The position numbers were made by a program, and so were the translations under genes. This document shows positions 1-14,737 of a DNA stretch of 64,000 bases, piece after piece. Every line of letters starts with the position of its first letter. Position 1 is the first letter of the stretch. The notes under the pieces are model-generated. The model worked only from the letters and a program-made list of their open reading frames with translations. It ran no database searches and was not told where the DNA came from. The stretch is from Moniliella sp. 'wahieum' (lineage: Eukaryota), in NCBI GenBank assembly GCA_003971905.1, contig RSEE01000019.1, forward strand, positions 124,001 to 188,000, given 5' to 3'.

Positions 1-350
<350 letters not shown>

Positions 351-888
351 TCACGTTGGTAGGATATGTGCCGAGGCAGCATAAATGCAATACATCACAT
401 CAATGCCCATAAGATGTTTATCGATGGAAAGGAACAAATTTCTTCGTCTGGAAGCTGAAGGCAATGCAGGCACAAGTCCACTGAGCTTGGCGTGCCCGTT
501 TCAGTCTTTATCCGCACACTAGAATCAGGGCATTACATTGGCACACAGGCCTGCCCGGGCCGAGACCAAATCCAGTTGAATTGGAAAAAGCTGACGCAGA
601 GCATTGGTGGCCTTTTCGTGTACGTCAAGATCAGGACGCGTTAGCTCACAATTCCGTCAGAGGCGGTTGCCATGTATCTAATCATATTCACCCAAATCCG
701 CACATTTGCGACGTGAGGATCCGCCTTGGGATCAAAACATGAGTCTCACAGTCGGTCCTTGACACCTACGGTACAGACGCGCGCTTCCGGAATTGGATTG
801 GTTCTTCAACGCATTTTTTCCCACCACGTGCAGTGGAGTAAAGTAACACCATTTGAGTTGAGCAGGATTGTGGTTTGGGGCTGGAAGG

Positions 889-1774
889 TCAGCCGATCAG
901 GGGGAGCGTGCGCAGACGTTCCGAGAATTGCACCATGTCCCAAGGCAAGAATTCAGAGATGGTCAAGCCAACCAGATCATTGGTCAGCCACTGCATTGAG
1001 CAGTTCCGACACAGCTCAAACCGGAGAACACCACGAGCCACACTTGGGTGTGCGGGAACGTAGGGGTTGGCATACCAAAGGTGGGGGAAGAAGACGGGGT
1101 CCAAGCAGTCCAGATCAAAGTGGACCACCACTTTTTCTTCCGGCCTTGGCCAGCCAAGTGAGAACGGGTTGGATCGAGACGGCTAGTTCGGCGGGTCGCA
1201 CGACCCGAGGCCCTTTTCGGAAAGATAGTGTGTTTCGTACGCAGTCATAGGATCGTTCAGCCCGACGTACAGAACGTCCTGGGGCTTGTACGGGTTCTTC
1301 ACCTTGGTCTCGGGCGTGGTGCTACCCTCTCCCAGGAGGTAGCGCATGACATGAGCATGAGCATGATCATACACCTCTGGCGAAAGGATGTCCGGGTGGT
1401 GTCAACCCAGAGAATTGCTACGTCATCCGGGTACCGTTCTTGCAAATACGAAAACGGAACGAGGCTCACGAAGCAATCCCCGCCCAACGTGACAATCGCT
1501 TCGGGCTCGTGCCGGCGGATTGCACCCCAAGCGCTCTCGACAGACTGCGCAAGAGCAGAGAAACTCTTAAGCCCGTGCGCCGTCTCAGATGCCTCCGGTC
1601 AGCACCAGGTTCGACGCCCTCGGGCGGTGCGGGGACATAGACTTGCTCAACCGGCCCCTTGGCACGGGGAGCGACAGCATCCAGCACTCGGCCGCCAATA
1701 TGATATGCGGGCATCTGGCCTCCCTGCCATAGAGGGAAGTTGAGACGAAGGGTCTTGCTGGGGTTTACAGGCAT
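889..1774 (-). CDS. arginase/ureohydrolase-family protein, bacterial type; apparently intronless, with indels
   Basis: Fragments join to KTLRLNFPLWQGG..., GGDCFVSLVPFSYL, LWVDT[H]PD (DxHxD after restoring one base near 1395), VLYVGL, VHFDLDCLDP (DxD) and LVGLTISEFLPWD...LPLIG*. Confidence 0.85.
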
Positions 1775-2656
1775 TTTGCTCGGCGAACGCGGGGCGTAAT
1801 TTCGAGGTTCTTGGAGTGGTGGGGTTTTGAGATGGAACAAAGCCCTGTTGATGCTCCACAGGATGGTAAGACGGTTATATAGGCCAGGGCTCTTTCGAAA
1901 CGATGGGATGGACTTGTCGGAAGAAGGCAGAAACGAGAGTTGCTGTGAGGGCGAAGAGAGCGACCGAATCGATTCAAACTTGAACCCGTATTACCCACGT
2001 TCACTGTGCCCTCGGCACCTTAACAGCCAGTGCCCCCGCAAACTCGGCCCCACAGCGCAAGACCGGCGGTAGTGGCCTTTAGCGGCGATACAGCTAAAGT
2101 CCGTCGACGTCCTACTGAACCAGGCTCTGCTTCGCATCATATGAGATGCGAATGATACATGATGCATGAATGCATGAACCTCCACCACCGAGATGTACAA
2201 CGAAGTGTCCATGGCGCGGATGTCACACATCTCAGTACTCTGTAGGGTATATCGTCCATGGAGCCGGGGCCACTGCTCTACACGCCCGGTTCCGACCCTT
2301 TCGTCTTGTGTGGGATTCGGGACGCTCGAGAACGTGGGAGTGACTTCAATGTTGCATCCATATCATTGACAGAGCTTAAGGCTGGAGGGACAGAGGGAGA
2401 CACAGCTCTGTCACTGACGATATGGATGCAGTATAGCCAGAGATCAAAAGAGCGTATGATATGCAACAGTGGAGAAACGCATGGAAAGAGTAGATCAGTT
2501 TGAATGTGTGTTGAACGAGATCGGTTACACACGGAGGATGAAGAGTATACAAAGCATGAACGTAAAGAGAGAAACTAGACGAAGAGAGTGCTTTGATAAA
2601 AGTTTGATGCAGGAGGAAGACTTTCTCCAAGCCAGTCTGTGTTGATGCATTGCGGG

Positions 2657-4702
2657 TCAGATGGTAAACTGACGACTCTCAGCCTCGATAAAGTGGGAGC
2701 AGGCCAGTTGGGGCGTTTTGACCGTGCTTGCCAACGAGCTGTTCACGAAGGTCGGGTGAGCAGATGGTAAAAGTCGGGGAAGGGTTCTCTTCCAGCGCTT
2801 GAATCAAGCAATGGGTAAGTGCGCCGAAACGGCGACACCCTGCGAGGGACGATGATCCTTAGCCTTGCCCATCTTGCTTGCGGAAAGCACGGTCTGGGAA
2901 ATAGGCGGCATGGAACATGGCAAAACGTACCGGATTGCTCACTGGTCAGCCCAAACAGTATCAAATGGGACGGGTTCCGGGAAGGTGTGTGTGCACGTAC
3001 CACCATGGCCTTGGGGCATCGGTTGCGGATGAGGAGCGCACGAGATTGTTGCATGCTAGCTTGTGGAATGATCCTCCACATGTCGCGTGCAACCCCTCGG
3101 CATCCTTTTCTCATACGCCCTCAGTACTGGGGCCAACTGTTCGTTGCCGAACGAAGCGAACAACTTTGGTTCCTTGAGATTGCCCACACTATTGTACACG
3201 CACGGCAAGGCCAGCATGTTGCCCGAATGGCAACAGTCAAACACGGTGACCAACTTGCACTTTGCTGGTAAGGGTGCCACGAGACGTTGATACAGGTCCT
3301 CATCTGAGATTTGTCCGTCCGTCGCATAATCCACAGGCAAAATGCTTGGGTGTTGCATTTTCATCCCTTTCTTGAGATTGATGGAAGTATGGCTTCCATG
3401 ACCACAGTAGTAGAAGAAGAAGGTGTCGCCGGCTGAGCGTCCCGTACGAGCCAGTCCATGGCAGCTTCCATGTTCGCCCGCGTGGGCTGAACATCCAGAC
3501 TTAAACTTGGGTCTTGAGCACCACCACACTATCACGGCTGTACCGTTGCGACTTGGGCGATTGGTACACGACCCATTGCATGATCCGTTCCAAGTCGTTC
3601 CATGGCCCTTTTAGCTCCCGGTTCGGATGCCCCACATAATTGATTCCCACCAGCAAGGCTCGCTTTCGGGTACGACGTGGGGCGGTATCCCCAATTACCG
3701 GTTGCGGGTGGAAACTTGATGAGAGTGCACGTTTCGGTAGAGTAGTCCCGTGCTTCTGCGCCTGTTGCATCAGCGGCTTGAACTGCCCTTGAGACTGTGG
3801 CGGTTGGCGCTTCGGAAGTGTTGCTTGAGCCTGGATCGTGGCCGGTTCTTGATTTGCGAGTGTGGGATTGTATGCGGGGGCTGGAGTGTTGGACTTGGAC
3901 AAGGGCAGGGCGGGGCTGGGTCCATGGCTGATGAAACTGGTGCTGAACCTTGGGCTTACCAACTTGGACCTGGGATTGAAGCTGAGCGTGGTTGGAAACC
4001 GGTGCGATGGCAGATGCTGTAAAGCGGACGGGTTGGGAAGGGCGAGTGGGGATCTCTCCCGTACTGTGGAAAGCGAGAGATGAGTCAGCAAACGGTCTCA
4101 TATATACACTACCATGAGTGGGAGGTAGGAAGTGGTACGAACTGTGGATAAACCGGCGAAACAGGATAATATGCTGCGTGACGTTGCCCAGCGGGAGTCC
4201 GACGGGGAATATCGGCAGGGGCACGGGCATAAGCCTGATGGGGATGGGGATGAACGGGGTAGTGATGTGTGGCATAGTCGATTGTTTGAATCTGTGGACG
4301 GATACCAGTCACACCTCCGGAGACCAGCGGCAGATGAATGGCGGATGGACCTGGTGCTGCCATCGAAGCATCATTAGAAGTAGAGGGCTCATCAGTGAAA
4401 TCGTGGGTGTGCAAGGGGGGGGAAGGAGGGTAAGAGCCGGGCATGAAGCAAGATCCAGTGTCATAATACGTCTTTTGCTGGGGCGCATACGCAGGGGGCG
4501 CAGGGCGCAGGGCCGGGGTTATATGAGTCAGACGCGGAAGTTCGGACCGTAGAATAAGCAGGAGGAACTTGTTGTGTGGAGCGTGAAATTGGGTAACACG
4601 TATTGGTAATGTTGTTGTGGACGTAAGAGTCTGAAGGGTACGAGGATGACTTGAGCGTCGAGTCAACTCGCATGGGCAACCGGTGGGGATGCTCACCGCC
4701 AT
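2657..4702 (-). CDS. type I metacaspase (peptidase C14) with long Pro/Gln/Ser-rich prodomain; start uncertain
   Basis: RKRALLVGINY...ELKGPWND, FFYYCGHG (catalytic His), VFDCCHSG (catalytic Cys), C-terminus KTPQLACSHFIEAESRQFTI* resembling the Mca1 QKPQLSSSH tail. Confidence 0.85.
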
Positions 4703-4861
4703 GATAATTGTTGTGTGCCTGCTTTGCGACCACTGGGAGGCTTGAACCCCGAGCATGGGACATCGTTCGTGCTCTCGGACGCGGTTGAAGAGGGTTGACA
4801 GCAATTGACGCGCTCGAGTGACGCAAGTGCTCTGGAAGCATTGGCTTGGACAAGAGCCCTG

Positions 4862-4863
<2 letters not shown>

Positions 4864-4926
<63 letters not shown>

Positions 4927-5036
4927 CACACACCAAACACACACACACACACCCACACACACACACACACACACACACCACACAGAGGTGTGTGTGTGAG
5001 AGAGAGAGAGAGAGAGAAACAGAGAGAAACAGAGAG
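4864..5036. repeat. compound microsatellite: interrupted (CA)n, then short (GT)n and (GA)n
   Basis: About 120 bp of CACACA followed by GTGTGT and GAGAGA, read directly. Confidence 0.95.
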
Positions 5037-7272
5037 TGAGTAAAGTGTTAGGGACAGTTACGCGCCAGCCAAAACCTGGATAGGATGCTTGTGACATACC
5101 GATCGTCGTTATGCTGCGCTGGGGCGGATGGGACGCCGCAGTGGAGCGATAGGGACGATGGTTTCCGTTCCAGGGAAGGGGGAAGTTCATGGACGGCATG
5201 CTGGACGCTGGACGCACTGAAGGTGAGTGATATGGGTGGCTTGCTCAAACAGATTGAAAAGAGGGTAGGGGTAAAGGAGGCAAATGTGGAGGCTGGGGCA
5301 CCACTTATATATGCGGGACTGAGGTGAGATGCTACAGTACATCGCTGACGTATACCCCACGCTGAGTTTGACCTGTCAGAGCCTGCTCGAAGGCGCAAGA
5401 CACATGATGTTGAACGCTAAACTTCAACATGAGGAGTGAGAAAGAGAGATCAGAGACAAAAGAGAGACAGAGCGGCAAGCGAATAATAGGAGAAATCGGC
5501 GGATGAGATATCACAGTAATTTAGGGGGTGGCGCGGTTACAGACAATGTGGTGATGTGCGATGCTCCACGGGAGATATAGAAACACGAAAGATGATACCA
5601 TGCGGATGACGAAGGGGATCGAGATCCGGCATGTGTGGATCTCTACATGGCCAAAGTAGCTGTTGCTCATGACATCACTTGTATCATTAGAGGGTGCACG
5701 CTGCAATAAAAGACTCCTACCGTCTACTATACTTTATCGTTTTTACCGCGTTTACCCCATACAATATGACAGAAGCGAGGATCTGTGATTTTGGAGCTCG
5801 GCCGCTATACACCCCTTATCTCCTTCCCGGCAACAACCGCTCGGCGCATTGCTCTATCGGAAGCCATGTCGGAGTCGGATACCGGGTAGGGCGGGGGTAG
5901 ATCGGGGTTGTCATGTGCAGATCAAAAAGTTCTAATATACACAGCACTGGTATATGATACGTCTCTAACCTGGCCCGAGGGTGACCTCACGGCCTCTTAC
6001 TAGTAGAACTTACTCTACCTTGTCGTCTCATTTGATATTCACCCGACATGCACCTCGACCTTTCAAGCCTCTCCAGGCACAGTACCAAAAAGTAGGGCCG
6101 ATTACTCCAATATCGTATTTTGCTACTAATTATAGCCCTGCTGTGGTCTCGGCAGATGATTGAAGAGATGAGAGTTACGCCGCCGTCAGTTGGCCAAAGC
6201 CACACAGGGGCATTGTGGACAGCGACGGGCGCAGCAAGGTGAGTCTGTGTGGAGCAGAGAGCGGGAGACGCGTTGAAAAGAAAAGGGAGGGCGCTCTGCC
6301 AGCGACGCACTTCCCACACCGCCCTATATAGTACAGTGGGAATGCGATTTGATGCTGAGCGGCTGAGCCCACATCTTGTTTCTCCCAAAAGTATACACAT
6401 GCCTGCGCTCGACAGGTTTCAGCCTGTCGGCAGGGCGCGCAGGCTGGTGTAGTACCCTGCCCCGCTTCCTACCCCTTTTTGTCCAGCCCAGTGATGATCA
6501 CCGCACACATTAACCATGCGCATCCTACAGTATTGAGAGGAGCCGTGGCAAAGAGGATGTAATGCCGCAGGGGATGGAGATGCTTGATGCATGATAGCTT
6601 AATAGGCTGTGGGCTGGGCTGGGCAAGGCTGGGCACTGGCGTTGGCGTGTGGTGGTGTTGGAAGTATTGTGGTGCAGACGACGCGGGGCTGTGCCACACG
6701 TTCAGCTTCAAGCTTTAAGCTTCAAGCTTCACAGCCGTATAAGCGAGAAATCACGTCTCAAATCCGAGGGACGTGCATTAGAGGTAACCAGTAACCGGTG
6801 ACCAGTAATAGGGTACCTGTCGAATTGAAAAAACCTCGTGATGGATGAAGCTGATGAAGACTACCCCACTAGTATTATATCTGCAGACAGCCACGGGAGT
6901 GCACCTACAGGATAGCGGAGCGTCACCTCTCAGCTATACTCCTTTGTGCATCAACATGTAGAGTCGGAGTCGGGCGATGGCGAGAGGGCGTATTATCCAC
7001 CTTGTCGGGTTTCGTGGGCGGGCGGGCTGGGGCCAGTGACAGGAGAAGATGAACACGAGATTCAAGGTGGCCATGTTCAGTGGTGGGATCGTCGTTTTGC
7101 CTTCCTGGCCCAGCAGAATGCCTGTTGGGGTGCTCAAGGCAGTGGCAAAGACAGGTACTACCGCAGGACTCTCGCCGCCTTGCCCTGTCATGCCATTTTG
7201 TGTCGTCCACACCCGATCCACCATCCTCCACCGCGTCCCGCCTCTCGGCGCGGCTTCATCGATCATCCACAG

Positions 7273-7308
7273 ACGCAACACGCAACACGCAACACGCAAC
7301 ACGCAACG
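7273..7308. repeat. (ACGCAAC)n 7-bp tandem repeat
   Basis: acgcaacacgcaacacgcaacacgcaacacgcaac, 5 copies. Confidence 0.9.
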
Positions 7309-7644
7309 CCCCCCCACCATGCCCACACGGACGGGCGGGTTACGAGATCCATACCACCATACGACAGCTATTGGAGTAGGACAGGGGAGGGGGGGCAAAG
7401 GGTGTGGATATATAATTTTGCTTTGCGTCTCTTCCCCTCCGTGTTGCAAGTGGCGCCGTTTGGCCGACGGTTGGCGCGTGGCTAGTCACTAGTTACTGTG
7501 GTCATTAAAGAGTGTCCCCACGCCGTATGTTCAGTACTCAACTCAGTACTCAGTACTCACTCGGCCCCCAGTCCCGAGCCCAAGTGCACTCTACGTGGGC
7601 TGGGACAAATGGGGGCTCAAGTTACCGCTGCCGTGGGCGGTCCT

Positions 7645-9680
7645 CTAGCCTGGGCCCCCACATGCGCCCCCACTGCCGCAAACACACATCCCACAACACC
7701 ATCGCAATGTGTGCGCGGGCCAGGCGGGGCAGCACGCACGGTGGCCCTCGCGCGCTCGCACTGCACATTGGCCACAGCCCGTCGTGGTCGCATGGTGGGC
7801 GGGTGAGGTCCGCTCCGGCCTCCACTCCGTCCGGGCGGTGGATAGGGGATCGGTTCGATCGGTTCGATTGGTTCGATTGGTGCGGTGCGCTTCCCCCTTC
7901 TTCAGCTTCACGTTCCCGCTCACCATCTTGGACGCCTCCTGCCTCGAGGGACACTGGTCCCGCCATACCAGGTCCCGCGGAAGGGTGCAAGTAACACTCA
8001 GGCCCGTCGACGACGCTCCCAACGCTTCTGGTTCCAGGCACGCCGATAATAAACTTTCGTCCCACCCAGGCGGCTCGGAAAAGGGAGGAGGGGGAGGAGG
8101 AGGAGGCAGACCCTTCATTGTCCACTGGCAAGCAAGGCTCGTGTTCCATCTTGATCGCCGCCGGTGGGGTAGTCGTCTCGGTTTCCGATCGCTGTCAAGG
8201 GCAGGGCGAGGGGTGAGGTGCATCCCGCCACACGCGGCCTTGAAGGGGGCAGGCGTGGTAGGGCAAAACGCTCGAAAGGCTGGGCGGAGAGTTACTTGTC
8301 GTAGATACGGGCACGCCGGTCGAAGTGGTAGGTGGGGCGGCGACGCCCCACGGCGGCAAGAACGGCATGCCCATCCCCGGCCAAAAGGGCAGACCCAACG
8401 GTGGCATTGGCATGCCCGGGGGGGGAAAAGGGAGGAGGCACAGGGGGGTGGTAGTGGGGTGCTTCCCGGTGCTGGGACCGGGGCGGCTGAAGGTCCCGAT
8501 CCCGGGGCATGATGTGGTAGTGCAGCAGCAGCAGCAGCAGTAGCAGCTTCTTCCTTGGCTGCCAAGGCGGCGCGAAGACGTGCGACCTCAGCTTGAAGTG
8601 CGCTCGTTGCGTCGGGCACGGCAGGTGGCAGAGCAAAGAGTGGAGTGAGGATTTCGTGTGCGCTAGGTGGGGGGCAGGGATCCAATGTGGCAGTGCCCAC
8701 GCACGCACAGGACGTTTGCCCCCCATGATCTTCTCCGCAGGGCACTCCCTCACCACGATGTTGTACCACCTGTTGCAGTGTCGATAGCACAGGTTCCGTC
8801 TCGGCCGCCAACGCAGCCACTGTTTTTTCCCCTTGTCCCTCATCCGCCAAGATAGAGAGGAAGGTCCAGACGAGGTGACTGAGGGCACGCGCTTGCCCAT
8901 GCAGCTGCTCAAACTGTTCGCGTCTCGTTGGCGAGAGAGAGGAACGCAGCCGCACGATTTTTGACCAAGCGTGCCTCGCGCTTGGTCAGACCCGAGGTGG
9001 GGCTGGATGAAGAGCGTCGAGTGCGGCGCCGAAGTATCGATCACGGGAAACGGTTTGCCCGACGCGGTGCGTTGCCCCCCTTGCTGGGGGGGTCGTTTGG
9101 GTGCGGCTACCCGCCCTGCCGCTCCAGCAGACATATTGGGTCTGGCGCCTGTGCCAGGAGGAGGCGAGGGCGAGAGCTCAGCGGACTCGACTCTCCTCCT
9201 CTTGGGCGCTGGGCCAGGGGCGGGAAGTGGAGCGGTACGGACGGCGCTTGGACTGGGCTCGGTGGGGGGGGTGGACCCCTCGGAGGCAGAGGCAGAGGCA
9301 GAGGGAGGCAGAGGCAGAGGCAGAGGCAGAGGCAGAGACAGACGTTGAGGCTGAAGCTGCGGCCAAAGCGGCGGGGATGGCGAGGGGTGGGCCAGGGCGA
9401 GGAGGAGCAGCGAGCAGGTGGAGAAGCAGGCGTTGCGAGTCAGAGAGGGTCATGTCGCTCCCATGCGAGCGGGCCCATTGCAAATGGCTCGCTCATGCTG
9501 GGATGGGGGTGGAGGCGATGGGGGAGGCGACGGAGGAGGCGAGGGCGGAGGCGAAGAGACTCGACAAGCGTTGTGCGCAGGCAGGCGCGGGTGTGGGTTT
9601 GCTGTGGTGGGGCGCGGCGCTAAGGCCCGACGCAGGCACGTCGCCTTGGCTTGGCTGGCGTGCAACAAACTGGACATGAC
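7645..9680 (-). CDS. hypothetical low-complexity (Pro/Ala/Ser-rich) protein; boundaries uncertain
   Basis: Long overlapping minus-strand ORFs with a helical-looking segment (REQFEQLHGQARALSHLVWTFLSIL...ALQAEVARLRAALAAKEE); no family motif recognised. Confidence 0.4.
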
Positions 9681-11598
9681 ATACCCGTCGGGACCCGGTG
9701 CCGGCACGGGGGCGGTCTCCACCGGCTCCGTCCTGCCCCGTGCGCACTTTAACCGGGCCGCTCTTCTCACGGCGAAGCGGGTGAGCGCACCAGACTGCCC
9801 CGTGCCAGCGCGCGCGCGGGAGTGGAGCCGCACGCCCAGGCAGTAGGGTTTCTTTGCGTTTTCCGCTCGACGGCGGCCCGCACGGCGCCAGTGTGCAATA
9901 TACCCCACACCCGCCTTCCCGCCCTCGCTCCCACTCGATCCTCACTATTCACACCAACTCCGCCTCCACCGCGGAGGGCGCCGATCGAGCACCAGCCAGC
10001 CCTTGGTTGGTCAGGCATCCTCTCCGAACGCACTGCTCACTACTTGGTCACCGGTCACTAGTCACTACGCCTTACCCATATCAGATGGTCGATGGGGGGA
10101 GGGGATGATGCCGATCATGTCGATGATGCAAGCAAACCACCAGGTAGCCCACACGCCCCGGACTATCCGTCCCAGAGATACCGGTTACCGGTTACCGGTC
10201 TGCGCGTAACGTGCGTAACATGTAACACGGCATACCTATAGATACCGGCAGCCCTCCCAGGCCTGCGTCGACGGCCGAGACGAATTCGAAGGGTATGAAA
10301 AACGATGACTATGACGCGTGGCTGGTGTACCTATGGTGTTTGTGCTGTGATGCAAGTGATGTAGGTGTGACACATGTGACATGTGACATGCGATGATGGA
10401 TTGATTGAGCGTTTGATGCTGAGCCGCTGTGGGAGCGGATGTATTGTGCGATTGATGCAGCTGATGATATCGATGTCGATGAGATATGCGTCACGGCGTC
10501 ACTGCATCAGATAATGCGCTCGATAACGGCCGATTCTCAATCTCCCAAGACGTCAGATCTCGGACTGAGGCCCATACTCTCAGATGCCAGTATGCCAGCG
10601 TAGCATCTCCATCCCATGCACCTACTCATCTCATCAGTACGGCATCAGTGCACACCATTATCAGTCGTACTCAGTACCCCAAACTTACAGCACAAACTAT
10701 ATACTAGCGCCCCCGAGATCGGCAGACAAAACACACGCATCCACCCTGGCACTGTTTGCTGCGACAGGGGGTCGGACAGGGGGGATCCAGTGGATACGCC
10801 CTAAGCGCTGAGCGTTGGCCACCATGCCACGCTGTGAACGGTAGCCCTTTGTTTGGCAACGCAGACGCTGTGTGCATCCTCGTTCTCCAAACAGGCACGC
10901 AACTTGGGAAAGAGTAGCTTGAATAAATAGAACTGTGTCGCGGAGTCAAAAGCCTTAGGCCTGAGGGGGGATAAAAAGAGACTGAGAAAGGGACTTTGTT
11001 AGCGACGGAAAAAGCATTGCAGGTGCATAATAAACACATCCGCCTGGTCTCGCCTGCATGCACCGGTGCTAGTGGGCATTGAGAGCAACGTATAGCCGTC
11101 GGATGGCAGTGGTCGCTCCGCCAATGACGACGGCAGGGGGTGTTGGAATGGTAGTAGGCTCCCCACAATCACTAGACGCATCGAAGCGACATGGTCATCT
11201 GCCGTACTTGGAGCTGGCAACGTAAGCGCTGCACGTGCAGGGCGGGAGCAGCAGAGTTGGACGCTAGGGTTGCGAAAAGACATGTGGGTCGGGCGACAGG
11301 GTAATTGAAGATCATGCATCATGCATCATGCGCGACGCGTGGAGCGAAAGAGTAGGGTTAGCGCTGGACAGACCCAAAATTGGAACTCGGAACTCGGAAC
11401 TAGCGCGTATGGGGGGCGAACTGGGGGGCACTAGGACAGTTCGACGCGCCACGCGTCGCGCGGGCGGCCATTGGACCCGACGCGTCCGGATGACAGCATC
11501 ATCCGCCTGGGCAGAGCAGCTTTGAGAGAAACGGGGCAGTGCGTTTCTCGTGGCTGCTGCCCCCCCACCACCACTACCTCTGCTGTCAATCTCCGACA

Positions 11599-13865
<2,267 letters not shown>

Positions 13866-14737
13866 CTCGCTCGTGGCGCGGCTGTGTGCTGTCCTGGCTG
13901 TGTACTTGTATCCCCTGTTCTTCCCATGTGGTCCCGTAGTCTGTAGATGGCTTTGGCCGCGTCGCAAGAAAGATGTGATGTGTCGTCAGCGTCAGGTGTC
14001 TGGTTCTCGACACAGCACGTGATGCATGCATCACGTGATATGGGCTGCAAAGTTCCAGCTCTAACACGTAACGCGCAGAGCGGATTTCGGATCGCCACGC
14101 CCGCCGCAGCTCACAGCTCACATGCGCCCCAACAAACGCCCCGTGCTCCCCTGCCCCTGCAGCCCCGTGCAGCCCCCGCGCAGCCCGGCTCAAGCAGTGC
14201 CCCCCTGCCCAGAGCACCAGCTCAGCGCTCACCCTTGCGGGCCGGTTGGCGTCCGCCATGCAAGGATAGCAGGCGCAGCGCCGTGTGGCTGAGCGGCCAA
14301 GGGATAGTCGAGACTAGTGACTAGTGATGATGATGCGCATGACATGACGCGTGACGAGGGGCAACAAGGGCATCAGTCGGGCGAGCAGCATGCATCATGC
14401 ATCAACATCATGCTGCTGCTGCGCGGAGACGACGGCACTGAGACAGTTGGATGCGGGAGTGGGCAGGAGGGCAGTGTGCGCTCCGTTCCATCGCCCGGGT
14501 GCTACGCTGCGCGCTGGCTGGCGTGGTGCTGCGGCCGGGCGCGGTGGCGGGGGTGCGGCGTGGTGCGGGAGGGCAGTGTGGTGTGGTGTCGGGGCTGCAG
14601 CGGCACTGGGCTGCTGTGCCACGTTGGGCAGCGCCCGCCTCGGCCTCTGCGTTTGCACCACCCTCGGCCCTCGACCATCGGCCCCCGGCCACAACCATCG
14701 ACCCAACCATCTCGCTTGGGCAGTGTGGGTTTCCCAG

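Noticed and set aside
4805..5043. ORFs with HTHTHT or VCVCVC runs
   Set aside because: They are translations of the (CA)n microsatellite
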